Shown: positions 1 through 14,149 of the stretch, piece by piece
Position numbering within the stretch: position 1 is the stretch's first letter
Layout: each line of letters starts with the position of its first letter
Assembly: GCF_009914755.1 (NCBI RefSeq)
Contig: NC_060927.1
DNA: 64,000 nt
DNA from: the human T2T-CHM13v2.0 reference genome, Homo sapiens
Direction: 5' to 3' (one strand)
The notes under the pieces: model-generated
Databases searched by the model: none
Told to the model about the DNA's origin: nothing
Seen by the model: the letters and a program-made list of their open reading frames with translations, nothing else
Translations under genes and position numbers: made by a program

Positions 1-216
1 AGTAAAATAGTGGTTACTAGGGACTGGGAGGAGGCTAGAATGGGGAGCTGGTGTTTAATGGGTATAGAATTTCAGCTTGGAAAGATTAAAAAGTTTTAGA
101 GATGAGTACTGATGATAGTTGCACAAGGATGCCACTTAATGCCACTGAATTGTATACTTTAAAATGATTATAATGGTAAATTTTATGTAATATATATATT
201 GCTACAATTTTTTAAA
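1..216 (+). mobile_element. L1M (L1MB-like) 3' end fragment
   Basis: Resembles the old L1 3'UTR: gtggttactaggg...aatgggtatagaatttcag...aatgccactgaattgtatactttaaaatg...aaattttatg. Confidence 0.75.
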
Positions 217-230
217 AGAGTGTGGGTCCA

Positions 231-365
231 GGCTGGGTGCGGTGGCTCACGCCTGTAATCCCAGCAGTTTGGGAGTCCGAGGCGAGTGGATTACCTGAGG
301 TCAGGAGTTTGAGACCAGCCTGGCCAACATGGGGAAACCCCATTTCTACTAAAAGTATAAAAATT
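231..365 (+). mobile_element. AluS left monomer, truncated at the A-rich linker
   Basis: GGCTGGGTGCGGTGGCTCACGCCTGTAATCCCAGC...CCTGAGGTCAGGAG...actaaaagtataaaaatt; no right arm. Confidence 0.9.
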
Positions 366-367
366 GA

Positions 368-428
368 CATATGATATGATATGATATGATATGATATGAT
401 ATGATATGATATGACATATCATATCATA
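368..428. repeat. (ATATG)n pentanucleotide microsatellite ending in an inverted (CATAT)n arm
   Basis: About 9 ATATG units followed by catatcatatcata. Confidence 0.95.
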
Positions 429-516
429 ATTTGTAAATTAAATACAAAGTAGGAGGTAATAAGTGCCAGAAAAAAGAAAAATATATGCTGTTTGAGTTTA
501 GAATCAAGAACCTGAA

Positions 517-536
517 GTGTGTGTGTGTGTGTGTGT
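517..536. repeat. (GT)n microsatellite
   Basis: About 10 GT units. Confidence 0.95.
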
Positions 537-1879
537 ACAAAGGGAGAATTAATTTGAGAAAGTTCCAAGTAATTATATTTTAAATATATATACTGAACAC
601 TTACATTATATATAAAGCACATATCTATTGTGCATTTTGTACTTTTTGCTTACAAAATTATATTATGACCTAAATAAATGAAATAGTCTTCTCTTTGTCT
701 GCATTCTTATTGAGATCCAAGTCAACATAGTTGCTTAAAGACAGTTCTCAAACTTTTGATGACAGTAAAATTATGACATATGAGTCAGGAAAGATTAAGG
801 AATACAGTATAAAGTGACCCTGTGCAACACTGGCGTGGATGTGGGAAGGGCTGGAGTTCAAGACCCACATTTGCGTAGCCTTGGGCACTATCTCACCAGG
901 CCCCCATTATCTTATCTACAATATAACTAGTTTGGGCTAGATAACTTTCTAGCTCTGTCAGTCTCTGATTCTAGGGAGTAAAATAGTCTTAGCTGTGTTA
1001 TGAATCCATCTATCTCCTTCACCGTAGCAATCACCAGCTTCCTTGGCCAATTGTTGCTGTGTCTCCGCACCCACCCACACTAGTGTCGCAAATCCCCAGA
1101 CATATCATTTCATCTGCTTTTCCTTACCAGAAGAAATGAAGAAAGAAAAAGTGTTTTAACTTGGTGCACCACAATGTCACATTTGCTCCTCTATAGAAAT
1201 GTGAGGAGAAAGAGTTTTCGTTTAATGGTGTAATTGCAAATGGACAACAGTTTTAGAAAACAGGAGTAATTTTAAGAGGCATGATAACCAGCTTCATAGT
1301 AAAGAAACAGTAAAAAGTAAAAACATGATTTTTCTCAGAGTATTCTTCACATTTAAAAATAGTTCTCTGCGGCCTTTTGGCAGCTCAAAGTGAAGAAATT
1401 CTTATGAATGAGCTGGGGAATCAAAGAGAGAATGTGTGAGCCACAGGCAGAAAGCAAGTTCCATTCTAGCAGCAGTTGGCCACAATCTGCTTTTCTGCTT
1501 GGGCCTCAGCTTTTGGACAGCTGTGTGCCTGAGACTGCAAGGTCATTTCTGGCCTTGCCAATGTTGCTTTCAGCTCTTGAGCTTTGGGCTGATTTGTTAC
1601 ACAACAATCACTAACCAACACAGAAGAAAATGCAAAATCTCCAATCCTGATATTAGACAATATTCTGTCAACAAAATGACCACTTATTATTAATAATAAT
1701 GTAATAATTAAATCCCCTATATGTATTTCTTCAGGTCACTTTTACCTGAGTGGGTGGTGAAGAAGGAGGCTGAGTGAGCAGGAGACTTGGCCATATATGG
1801 TTAGAGCTGGTAGTTGGGGTTACGTGGCTGCCAAGCTTTCTGCTATGGACATTCTGTTTTTCCCTGCATGGCAGCAGCT

Positions 1880-2090
1880 AGAGTCCTAGCCCAGAAGTCA
1901 GAGGATGTTTACTCTAATTCTGTCTCTGCCACTTGCTGGTTGTGTGAACTTTGGCTACTCTCTAGACCTCTCTGGCCTCAGTTTCCTCATTCATAAAAAA
2001 TACTGGCTATAATAATCCCTACCTGGCTGGCCTGCCCACTTCATTGGCGGGATCGAGTAAGATGATGATATGAACACACAGTGAATACTG
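1880..2090 (+). mobile_element. MIR
   Basis: ctctgccacttgctggttgtgtgaactttgg...ctctctggcctcagtttcctcatt (MIR core). Confidence 0.7.
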
Positions 2091-3263
2091 AAAGATAGTC
2101 ATACACATACACACTCATGAGATGACGTGAGGATGTGATGTAGGATCTCAACTGAATACACTATAGTTTTGCCTGGACTATTCAAAATATCTGATAATAT
2201 TTTCTGTTAAAAAAAAGTCAGTGTTTAGTATATGATGCCAAATACCTGGACTTCATTTTACAAAATAAATAAAGTTTTGTGTATGATAGTATATGTAATC
2301 AATGCTATAAACGGATTAATAATTGGCTAACCCTGGATAACCAATTACTCTGCTTCATAGGTGAAGTGACTGAGACTCTGAGAGATTAAGTAACTTCTCA
2401 AGGGCAACAGTTACTAAGCAGTAGAGCCAGAACTTATACCCAGGGACCCTTTCCATTATATCCCAGCAAGGTTTCTCAAAAAGATTGAAGGCAAGTTGGC
2501 CTCAAAGGCACACTTACATCACTGACTCTGAGAAGGTAGCTTTATGTGGGATGACGCCCAGGCATCTTCACAAGAACAAAGCAGGAAGCAAATCCCTTCA
2601 GCCAGGGAGTTTTGGAGATCTTTTTGTTTCTCTTCTTTGCCTGCACTAAAGAGCTGGTGAATAAACCATGGGGTTGGCAGGCAGTACTTGAAGGCACCAT
2701 TGACTTCACAGTGAATGAATACTAGAGGTATCTTGGGTCTGGGCAGAGGGAGACCCCACGGATGGTGGTGGATGAGATTGTACTGATTTGGGGCCTCCCA
2801 GCCAGCACATGCACATAGCAGAGGAACATGGCTGAAGCTTCTTGTGTGTCACATCCCTGTCTGAAACATAACTGTCCAGACTGTAAGAAAGTGTTCTGTA
2901 TGATGGTATTTTTCAGGTGTTTATGTTTTTGTGGTGGTGGTGGAGAGAAATATTATGCTTGAACCAAATAGAATCACGTCTCTCCTTCTTAGTCCTCTCT
3001 TCAAGCCCTTCCTCCCCCAACTCACCCCACCTTGCCAGTTGCATTTGTGAACTTGAGTAGCTCTCAATTCAATTATCAACAAGTGATAATACTTTAAGTG
3101 TTAAGTTGAATTTTAAAATGCATTCAAAATTATTAATACATAAGAATCACAAGAGCATATACATTTTAGCCTCAGCAGCTTAGGTAATTAGATAGATGGT
3201 TAATCCAAAAGGGACCAAAACTAAAGGTACAAGAAGTAGATAAATGATCCTGTCTTGTTTTTT

Positions 3264-3788
3264 TTCTTTTTTTTCATAAAAATGAATTTTTAATTTCATG
3301 AGTATTAAAAAGAAAACCCAAACCTGTCACATTTCCCTCCTACTCATACAAACAGTTTTCAAAAGAGATTCTTCAAATTTTACATTTTTTCCATTCTGGC
3401 TCATTCTTTGCTTCCTCATCATCAGATTCAACTTGGCCAAACATGATTCTGGGCTGAGTCTTGGAATGTGTTGGAGAAACCCAATATGGGTTGTCTTCTG
3501 CGCTTTGGCATGATGCAAAATGGCTTCCCAAGAATTACGGTCGTCAGTCTTGTCCAAAGCAATGTTCTTCACAATATAGAAAGAAAGAGTGCCCTTGTGG
3601 GTCCCACCACAACCTGGGTCTGCTACAGGAGGTTCAGGTTTATGCAACTTCAGGGGATCCAGTCTGTCCTTCTCTAGCTGTTTCCTTGTACTCCGTTCGT
3701 GGGGCTCACAGAACATAGGCAAGACATGAGGGGCGATGATGTAGTCCTGGGTTAGTGTCTCAGCTTGTTTTGCCTCCCACTGGTTATT
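3264..3788 (-). pseudogene. WDR70-derived segment: C-terminus, 3'UTR and poly(A)
   Basis: Translates (with frameshifts) to KQAETLTQDYII...PMFCEPHERSTRKQLEKDRLDPLKLHKPEPPV...YIVKNIALDKTDD...KNEPEWKKCKI* (stop 3373-3375), matching the WDR70 C-terminus. Confidence 0.9.
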
Positions 3789-5402
<1,614 letters not shown>

Positions 5403-6029
5403 CCTTTCGCCGGGTTTTAACCACATATAATTTTGCTCCTCTCTGACTCTTGTTGGGGTTGTAATAGACTTTAGACAATCATTTCCAGTTCCAACCATGA
5501 TCTGGTTCAGCCTTGGATGCCGCAGGCAGCGTCTGTGATGTCTGTTTCATACACCCTTTGGAAAGTCCTACGCTCAAGGCAAACAAGTTTGCCGCTGCCA
5601 CATCCCCTTTGAACAGACGTACCAGTGACTATGAGCTTATCATCTGGACTGAAACAGCAGTCAATCATTGGGAACATGGTGGGAAGACCCGAGGCTGAAA
5701 AAAGTGCTTATTAAATTGTCGGATGTCCCATAATTTTAACGAATCATCACCTCCACGAGAGGCAAGGACATTACCATCATAGGAAAAAGTCACGCCAAGA
5801 AGTGTCTGTGCCCAAGTAATGAGGCTGTTTATAGTTGAACTTAGGATGAACCGTCAGATATCGGTCCCAGATCTGCATGCTTCCATTCTGGCAGGCGGCT
5901 GCTATGAGATTTCCATCTCTACTATATGTGCACGTTGTGGGAATGACATTTTTTTGTTCTGCATCGTCCGTGGTTTAAACACACTTTTTTTGTTTCTTTG
6001 GGTTTTCAATTTCCCACGTCCTCACAGTC
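5403..6029 (-). pseudogene. WDR70-derived segment (WD40 repeats)
   Basis: Translates (with frameshifts) to TVRTWEIENPKKQK / VIPTTCTYSRDGNLIAAACQNGSMQIWDR / VTFSYDGNVLASRGGDDSLKLWDIRQFNK / DCCFSPDDKLIVTGTSVQRGCGSGKLV / NQIMVGTGN / [13 protein letters not shown]. Confidence 0.9.
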
Positions 6030-6505
6030 CTGTAATCCAGGACAGTATAAACATTCTTGCCCCTGCTGGTTCCACAGTACTCCTCTCCTGGGTACACTTC
6101 CGTATTTCTTGCTGAACTTAAAATGCCAATAGAAGCTATTTCTTCACCTCCGTCAGGGTTACACTTCAGGAAAAGGAAGCAGGGGTTTTCATGTTGGTTG
6201 TCCGGGCCTCTCTTCAAACTCACCAGATCCTGGCCTGCAGCACGCGGCGCCAGCAGCTCCTCACTTTCGAAGTCGCGGGCTCTGAGACTGCCCAAGTGAG
6301 AAGGAGGCTGTGGGTCAGGGCCCCGCCCTGCGGCATCCCAGGAAGAGGACAGCGTGGGGCCGGAGTCAGGCCCGGTCCTGGGTCCGTGTCTCCATTCCGC
6401 CGCCTACTGCCAGGCCAGCCCAGCCCCGGAACTTCTCTTCCAGTGCTTGAGGGTCCGCCCGTGCAGTGTGGAAGTGGGCAGGCAGGGTGACTTCCAGCTC
6501 ACTCC
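6030..6505 (-). pseudogene. C10orf88/PAAT-derived segment (5'UTR plus about the first 122 codons)
   Basis: ATG at 6395 METRTQD, early frameshift, then EELLAP..GQDLVSLKR..ENPCFLFLKCNPDGGEEIASIGILSSARNTEVYPGEEYCGTSRGKNVYTVLD, matching the PAAT N-terminus. Confidence 0.88.
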
Positions 6506-7914
6506 CCTGTCTCGTATTTTCCATAGTCTGGTTTAACAGTTGTATGTCGGTGGCAGTCATTATCGTCATCATCACTATTATCAGCGCATATTTTATGGTG
6601 CCTTGATTAAGTGGAGGCACCGTGCTAGGTACAGTTAAGGACTTTACCTTTCTATAAGATACTGTCACCGTTTTTAAGGAGTGTCCCATCTCCATTTCTG
6701 GCCCAGAGGTAAGATTAGAGGTTCTGACATGGTGATAAGTTTGAAAAACAGATACAGCCCTGAAAGTCCTGGGAAGAAGGGAGGAGGAGAGGGAACAAGC
6801 TTCAGAGTGCTGGCTTCCAAAGTCCTTCCGCAGATAGCCAGTGTGCTTCCAGCTGCTCAGTGGGAAGAGACTCAGAAATAGTGGAACGCTGCAAGGAGGT
6901 CAAAGGAGAATGAAGCCTGAGACATGGCCACGGGGTTCAGTAACGGGTAATGGCACTGATGAACTTGCCATAGTGAGACTGGGACAGGAACCAGATGGCA
7001 AGAGGTTAACAAATCAGAGGGGGCTGGGAACTGGAGAGACAGGCTTGGTCAAGAGGAGAAAGGAGCAGGGTCAAGGGAAGATGTTTCCAAGACAGAATTC
7101 AAAAATGGAAAAATTTGATTATTTCTGGTTGTTTGATGGGTAAATGGGAGTTCATTATACAATTCTCTATACCTAGTGGGTATTTTTTAACTTCTTTAAT
7201 AAAAATTTAGGAAAGGCAAAGTGAGAACTGAGAATGTGTGAAGAGAATGAAGAGATAGGTAAGAGAGGATACTAAATCTTTAAGACAGAATAATGATAAT
7301 TGGTGGTACAGTCTCAGGGAAGGTTTAGAGATGGGAACAAAAGCACCAGTGAGGGAATTAATCTGCTGACAGGGGAAAGATAATAAAAATGGATGAAGAT
7401 AAGAATAAAATGTGGATGAAAGAGGAAAGTGTTCATATAAAAATATTATAAGGCTGAAAGGAAGATGGATGAAGGAACTTGGGCCTTCATTTCTGCAAGT
7501 GGGAGGAGAGGTTATAACTCTCAAAGGAGTTGGGGCGAGGGAGGAGGGAGGGTTTGAGGAATGTGGAAAAGGGTTGGAATAACAGTTGCGGAATGCAGTA
7601 GGGAGTGAGTAAGAGGGGAAGATGACTGTTGAGAAGCAGGCCCATCTAAAGAAAGGCAGCCCAAGCTTTTAACCGATTCATACTTTGACAACCACCACCA
7701 TAAAGCATGCAGAAAACAGCAAGCCAGAGTGATGTGGGGTCTCTTCCGACCCTAGAGCCTTCTGAAATCCCTAAGCTGGCAAGTGACTGTCCCAAGAACA
7801 AAAGTTTGTTAGAGCAAGTAGCAATTACTTGAAACACCCCACAATGAGCTGCTCCAGTGGGAAGTCTAAGGAAGGGCATCCATTTGCCCCAAAGTAAGCA
7901 GAGTAATAAATGTG

Positions 7915-8075
7915 TCCAGCCTCAATGTATGGCCCTCCGACTGCCAGAATCACCTGAAGCTTGTTAGAAATTCAAAATCTAAGGCCCTGTCCCAGACTTT
8001 CTAAATCAGAATCTGTATTTTAACAAGATTGCAGATGATTTACATGCACATTAAAATTTGAGAAGCCTTGGTCTG
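7915..8075 (+). mobile_element. MER5-type hAT DNA transposon fossil
   Basis: cagaatcacctg...aaatcagaatctgtattttaacaagat...atgcacattaaaatttgagaagc. Confidence 0.75.
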
Positions 8076-8654
8076 TAACTTTGCTAGAAGCTTTGATATA
8101 CATATGGGTAATCACAGAAAAGCTAATGTCAATTTAAAAATAAATTGGGCCTCTACATTGTGCCTCACACTGTGAAGACCACCAAAGACCTGGATGCATT
8201 TCTCTACCCTTTAGGTTTAATCACAGTAGTTATTGCAAGTAGGAATTATTTTTGCAATTGCAGTTCAGTCTTGAAAACCTATAAAAGGGAAAAGGTTTAT
8301 CTAACTTTGACATTCTGTGAATTGGAACTGATTATTCAATTTTAAGCAAGGGAGTTTATCATTTGACCTTGCTTCTGGACTCTCCACCACTGTCAGTGGC
8401 AGGGTAGCTCAGGTGCACTTAGAGCAGTCACACATCCTACCAATTACTACACTGAGTTACTTCCTTTTAAAACTTAGTTTTAATGTTTTTACCGCCTTAG
8501 AATTTGGTCTTATCCATAATTTTTGCTCTCTTTGCTCAGTCCTTTGGCAACTAGAAATCCATAGTTAGAGTCAGTGAGAGCATCTTTGAGCAGTGGGACA
8601 ACATGTCCCTTCCAACTCGTTGGCATTGCTCTTTTCTTTCATAAGACACGCACT

Positions 8655-8875
8655 CAGTCTAAAGAGTGTGGGCTTGGGTTCAAGTGCTGACTTGCTTTCT
8701 AGCTGTGTGGTTTTGAGCAAACTCTTTACCCCCTGAGCCTCAACTTCCTTCCATATAGCAAAGAGGGAGGTTACTGGGTTACTATCACCCATCTCAGAGG
8801 GACATTGTGAGTTAATATTGAAAAGCATTAAAGTTATACCTAGCATGTAACAAGCTTACAGTAAATATTACTACA
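8655..8875 (+). mobile_element. MIR
   Basis: ttgggttcaagtgctgact...tagctgtgtggttttgagcaaact...ctgagcctcaacttcctt. Confidence 0.65.
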
Positions 8876-9059
8876 TAATGTAATTTTATCAAAATTCTAT
8901 TCTTGGCAATGAATAGTTTCAAAGGAGCCTATTCAGGGGAGCCTTCCCTATCCTGACTGGAATCCCCCTGTTACCCTATATGCTTTCATAGCTCTCTCTA
9001 GTCCATGGAACAAATTATAGTTTGTTATTATATGTTTTTGAGACGGTTTGATTAATGAA

Positions 9060-9240
9060 AGGCAACATGCGTAGAGGTTAAGAGCACAGACTTTTTTTTT
9101 TTAAACTAGATTGCTTGAGTTCAAATCCTGTCTCCTGCTACTAGTGATGAGATCTTGGGAAAGTTACTTAATCTCTCTGGGATACAGTTTCCTTATGAGT
9201 AAAATTCAGATTAAAATAGAACCAACTTCATACAATTGCT
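9060..9240 (+). mobile_element. MIR
   Basis: ggttaagagcacagact...ttgagttcaaatcctgtctc...ttgggaaagttacttaatctctctg...cagtttcctt. Confidence 0.7.
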
Positions 9241-10284
9241 CTGTTTTCTGTTATTAGCATTATTAATATCTATCTTCCTTTTCTTATAAGCTCTGTCCAT
9301 TTAACACGTCTCCAGTACCTGACACATCAGTGCTCAAAAAATGTGCTAAAAGAATAAATATACAAAAGCTAAAATTGACCCCCACGAAAGTTCACTGACA
9401 GGAAATTTTAAGACAGTTGTTTTTGATGTTTTTTTTTTTTTCCAAATTGTGCTTGCTGTCTTGGTGTTGTTGTCATTTCCCAATATGTTTGTAAATTTTT
9501 ATAAGCAAAAATTATTTGGAAAAATAATTTTTAAAAACTAATGGGGAAACACTTGTGCAAAGGCACAGACAAAAAGAATAATACATAATTATATAAAGTC
9601 AGATTTATAGAAATTAAAAACACATGCAGTGTTAAAATTTCTCTGCATTTTAAAGCCATAACATGAATTTTTAAACTTGGTTTCTTTTTGAACCCATGTT
9701 TAATTTTAAAAAGAAGATGAGGAACCGCAGTTAGTGATGTTTTACCTTACGGAGAGTGGGTGAGGGGTGAGTTCCTGTTGAAAGTTAACTTCTCACCTAT
9801 AACCATGATGATATCAAAGAATGCTAAAACAAATCAATATTTGGGCAGGTCATCTGGGACAGATTTACCAGCCAGAGCTCATGCCTCTCTGAGAGGTCAC
9901 AGCTGTGCCCTTTTGTACTGAGACCTGCATTAGAGAGGACTATATAGCACCCCTTTGAGTCATGAGGCAGGAAGAGATTTGCATTTCTCATTCTAATTTT
10001 GAAAACAACTGGAGATACTTTTAAGGTGTAGATGGTGCCTGCTAGCTCCTCAAGTGCAAATCCTAACTCAGGCTGTGTCTACCCATACACAATTGTGGGA
10101 ATTATCCAGATAATTTACCCTGTAGCAGAGAAAGGCCCTTGATTTAAACCTAAATGCATGCAGGCTGTCCTCTCTGTGTTGAGCAAACAATAGGCACCAG
10201 TCTTTGGTTTCTGAAGCAGGATATTGTGGTGATTAAGAGGATGGTCTCTATAATCAGACTCCTTTGGTTTAAATCTACCTTTAT

Positions 10285-10823
10285 CTCTGTGGTGAATTAA
10301 AGCTGGCCAGAAATTCTCTGACATTTCTTTCATAAAGAGGTGAGGTCTATGTTCCCTCCCCTTGAATTTGAGATCATTCTGACTACACTGACCAATAAAA
10401 TTGGCCAAAGTGACTCTGTCCCATTTTCTGGCCCAGGCCTTAAGACAATGGCAGCTTCTACTTATATCTCAGAGCCTTATGTTACCATGTAAAAGTCTAA
10501 CTACAGTGTTGCAGAAACCACATGGAGAGCCCTGAGACTAAAGGAAGAAAAAGAGGGGCCCAGCTTTATATGAGCCCAGTGTTATAGCTGTTCCCATCAA
10601 GCCACCTTGATATATAAGTGAAACCACCTTGGATTCTGCACACCAGTGTGGCCACAACTGAACAACAGCAAATAACCGCAATCAATACTACTTGGAGCAG
10701 AATAATCACCCAGTTTGTCTCAACCCATCTTCCTGACCCACAAAATCCTGAGATAAAGTAAAATGATTATTGTTTTAAATACACAGTTTTGAGTTGGTTT
10801 ATTATACATCAAAAGATAACCAG
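10285..10823. mobile_element. MLT1 (ERVL-MaLR) solo LTR, interrupted near its end by Alu
   Basis: aagaggtgaggtctatgttccctccccttgaat...ccacatggagagccctgagact...cctgacccacaaaatcctgagata...ttgttttaa...gttggtttattatacatcaaaagataac. Confidence 0.7.
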
Positions 10824-10825
10824 TG

Positions 10826-11275
10826 GCCTGATGTGGTGGCTTACACCTGTATCCCAACAATTTGAGAGGCAGAGGCAGGAGGATTGCTTGAGCCCAGGAG
10901 TTTGAGACCAGCCTGGCCAAAATGGTGAAACCCCGTCTCTACTAGAAATACAAAAATTAGCTGGGCATGGTGGCGCATGCCTGTGTTCTCAGCTACTCGG
11001 GAGGCTGAGGCAGAAGAATTGCTTGAATCTGGGAAGCAGAGGCTGCAGTGAGCTGAGATTGTGCCACTGCACTCCAGCCTGGGCAACAGAGTGAGACTCT
11101 GTCTCAAAAAAAAGAAAATTAGCCTGGTATGGTGGCATGTGCCTGTGGTCCCTCAGGAGGATAAGGCAGGAGGATCGCTTGAGCTCAGGCAGTGAAGGCT
11201 TTGGTGAGCTGCGATTGTGCCACTGCACTCCAGTCTGGGTGACAGAGTGATACCTGGTTCCAAAAAAAAAAAAAA
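10826..11275 (+). mobile_element. Trimeric Alu (J-like left arm, S-like right arm, J-like right arm)
   Basis: Three monomers; TSD AAAAGATAACCAG at 10811-10823 and 11272-11284. Confidence 0.9.
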
Positions 11276-14149
11276 GATAACCAGAACAGTGTTTACCACT
11301 TGTTTTTGTTTCCTCATCTCTAAAATAGGGACAATAATGTCATGTAATTGCTTGCTTCTATAGAGCTCGATGACAACTCTAGATAGTGAGATAGAGACAT
11401 CTGAGAGGGAGGTCTGTTTCTTCTAGTTCTCCAGACCATGTGGCCCTTTAGTAGTTCAGCCTCTCCCAGGACCCCGGTGCTTTAGGGAACACTCATGTTG
11501 AAGTGGCCCAGGCATGGAGGAGTCAGTCATGAAGCGTCAGAGCTCTTAGAGAATAGTGACTGTCTTCCCTTAGACAAAATATTTCACATTTCTTTGTTCG
11601 TGGAGGCCAAGTTGGCTCTCAACCCTGCTCCCAGCTCACCAACTTGGCACCTCACAATCTCCCCAAATCGTGCTTCATCCCATCTTCCATCTTTGCTCTT
11701 GTTATACTTCCTTGTCTCAAATCACCCCTCACTTTCTCTCTGCCAACACAGATTCCATCACAAGCACTTGGGAAATGAGTAAGCTCCAAGTTTTCCAAAG
11801 GATGTTCTGGAAAATCCTGGTCCTGCCAGCTACAGGATACAAAAGATGGGTTCTGCAGGCATTGAAGCTTGGAAAACGCTGGGTACTATATTTCTCAGCT
11901 CTCCAATAATTACACATGCACTTGCAAATTAAAGGCCCTAAAAAGTTCTTATTCAGAGCCCTATTTTGCTCTGTGTTATTCAGATTTCCCAAACATATCT
12001 TGACAGTAAAACAGTTTTCTTATAAAACAAGACTTCTTAGAAAAAGTGACCACTGAGCTGAGTCCTGGAGGGGTGTAGCAGGAAAGCAGGAGAAGGGGGC
12101 AGAGCAGGAAGCAGGAAGACAGGAGGGCTGATCTGGCTGGAAGACAAATCAGGGAGGACTAAGTTTAAGATCTGAGGGCCATGGAAGCCTCCTGAAGGCT
12201 TTCAGCAAAAATGTAATATCAGTTTAGCATTTATAGAGATCACTAGTTCTCACTTTATAAAGATCACTAACTTTCACTACCTGATTTGATCTTTATTTTT
12301 TGATTGAAGACCTATAGTAAGCAAAACATGTTGCATTATTACCTAACATCTATGCACACATAACAAAAATTTCATAAAATGGCTCTTATTACATGCAATG
12401 CCCACTAATATTTTCTATTATTTTTTTCCTCCTTTGGAAAATCACTTTTAACAATCTATTTTCATCATCCAGGTAAGCAAAGATGAAGACCTGAATTTTA
12501 TTTGAATGCAAATGTGTGGAGACCCCTGTCTTCTTCCTGATATTCTGTGTGAATAGATGAGAATGCTCTGCTTTAAGACAAGCAGAAGAAGCCATGTCTT
12601 GTTCTTCTGCTAAGGGGCAGTTACTCATTTAACCTCTGTGTATGGCTTCTCTTGTCTCTTGTCACAAGTAGAAGGTTGTAACATCATTGAGGGCAGAAAG
12701 CAAGTCTTAGATTTATTTTATTCACAAGGACAGTATTTGGCACATTGGTGGACATACCATGCATGTAACAATACACTTATCGATTGCACTGAATTGACAG
12801 CTCTTCACCCATTTCAGGGTGAATGTCTTCTGCTCCTGTGCTTGTTAGCTGAGGAATTGACTTCCTGCATCACTGGAAGGAACCCCTAGACTTCCTGCTG
12901 CTTAGTCCCGTATGGTCAAACCTCACATCCGGTGAGGTCCATGGAGATAGTGCCCATATTCACATTCTTCTCCTTTTCTTCCCCCAAGGATCCCTCCTGT
13001 CTTTCTATCCCTTCCAGGGCTACTATTTGCTCTCACTTCTGAAGTCTCCATAGAAGGCTAGTGACAGAATGGGGCTTAGTGTCCTCAGCCACTTCCTTCT
13101 TGCTGTTTCTGAAAACAAGGGAGTTAGCCTTTTTGGTTTAAAGCCTTCACTGCTAAACACCCAGAGGAACAGAATAAGCAATAAACTATCAAGTAGGAGT
13201 ATCACAAAAATGATTCCCAGAATCTCACACAATTTTCCCTTGCCCCCAAAGCAGTCTGTTGGTGACCTCCCTGCTACACTTCCAGAGAGTGAATTTCACC
13301 AAGGTTCCCATCCCCCCCACGATTCCCTCTCTCCAGATTAGATATTCTACTTCTTGCCTGGAGGTCTGAAGGCACAATTAATAATTGAACAATTAATGAG
13401 TTAGTCACTATCCAAGTGTTTGAAGTCTGAAGTGGTCAGGGCATTCCAGGAAAGTGACTGTTTTTCAGTGTTTCTCTTCCTCTACCCAGGAAATAAGTTA
13501 CCTCAGGCTTGAAAGAAAACTGAAGTGTGGTCCACAATATTTCTTACTTTCATCTAGTCACTCAGACAGTATACATGGGTAACTCCAGTTGTGCATCTGA
13601 AAAATCTAGGACAACAGGGCTAGTGTTGGTCAAATGCCATGATGGTAACTTCTAGAAGCAAACGGTGTAGTCCAGGGAGAAAGGAAAAAGCTGCCCAGTC
13701 CCCAGAGAGAAGCTGCCTAGCTCTAAGTAGCATATGCATTTGATTAACCCAATCCACTCACCCCCAGGACTGTTGCCTTTAGAGTTCATATGCTCAAGAC
13801 TCCCTGTCAGAAGCCAGTGGGTTATAAATAAAGTTCATTTGCACCTGCCTGGAGTGTTGGAAAACAGCTGTCAGCACAGTGATGACAGCCCTTGTTTGCT
13901 TCTGGTGGAAACACAGCTGGTTTTCTTTTTCTTCCTTTTGCTTGTCTGTATATCCAATTTTTCTACCAAAAAAAGTCACATTATTTTGTAATAAGGAATA
14001 AAATCACAGTTTGTTGTTGTGTTCAGAAGGGTCTCCTACTGTGTGCATATACCTCACACACAGTGTCATTCTATTGTTTATATTTAAAAGATGATGTTTT
14101 GTTGTTTGTTTGTTTTCAAAAAGGAAAATCTATGAGAGAGAACATAGCC

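Noticed and set aside
3327-3722. 131-aa ORF with WDR70 similarity as a functional gene
   Set aside because: Fragment of a frameshifted, intronless retrocopy; the C-terminal half is out of the parental frame.
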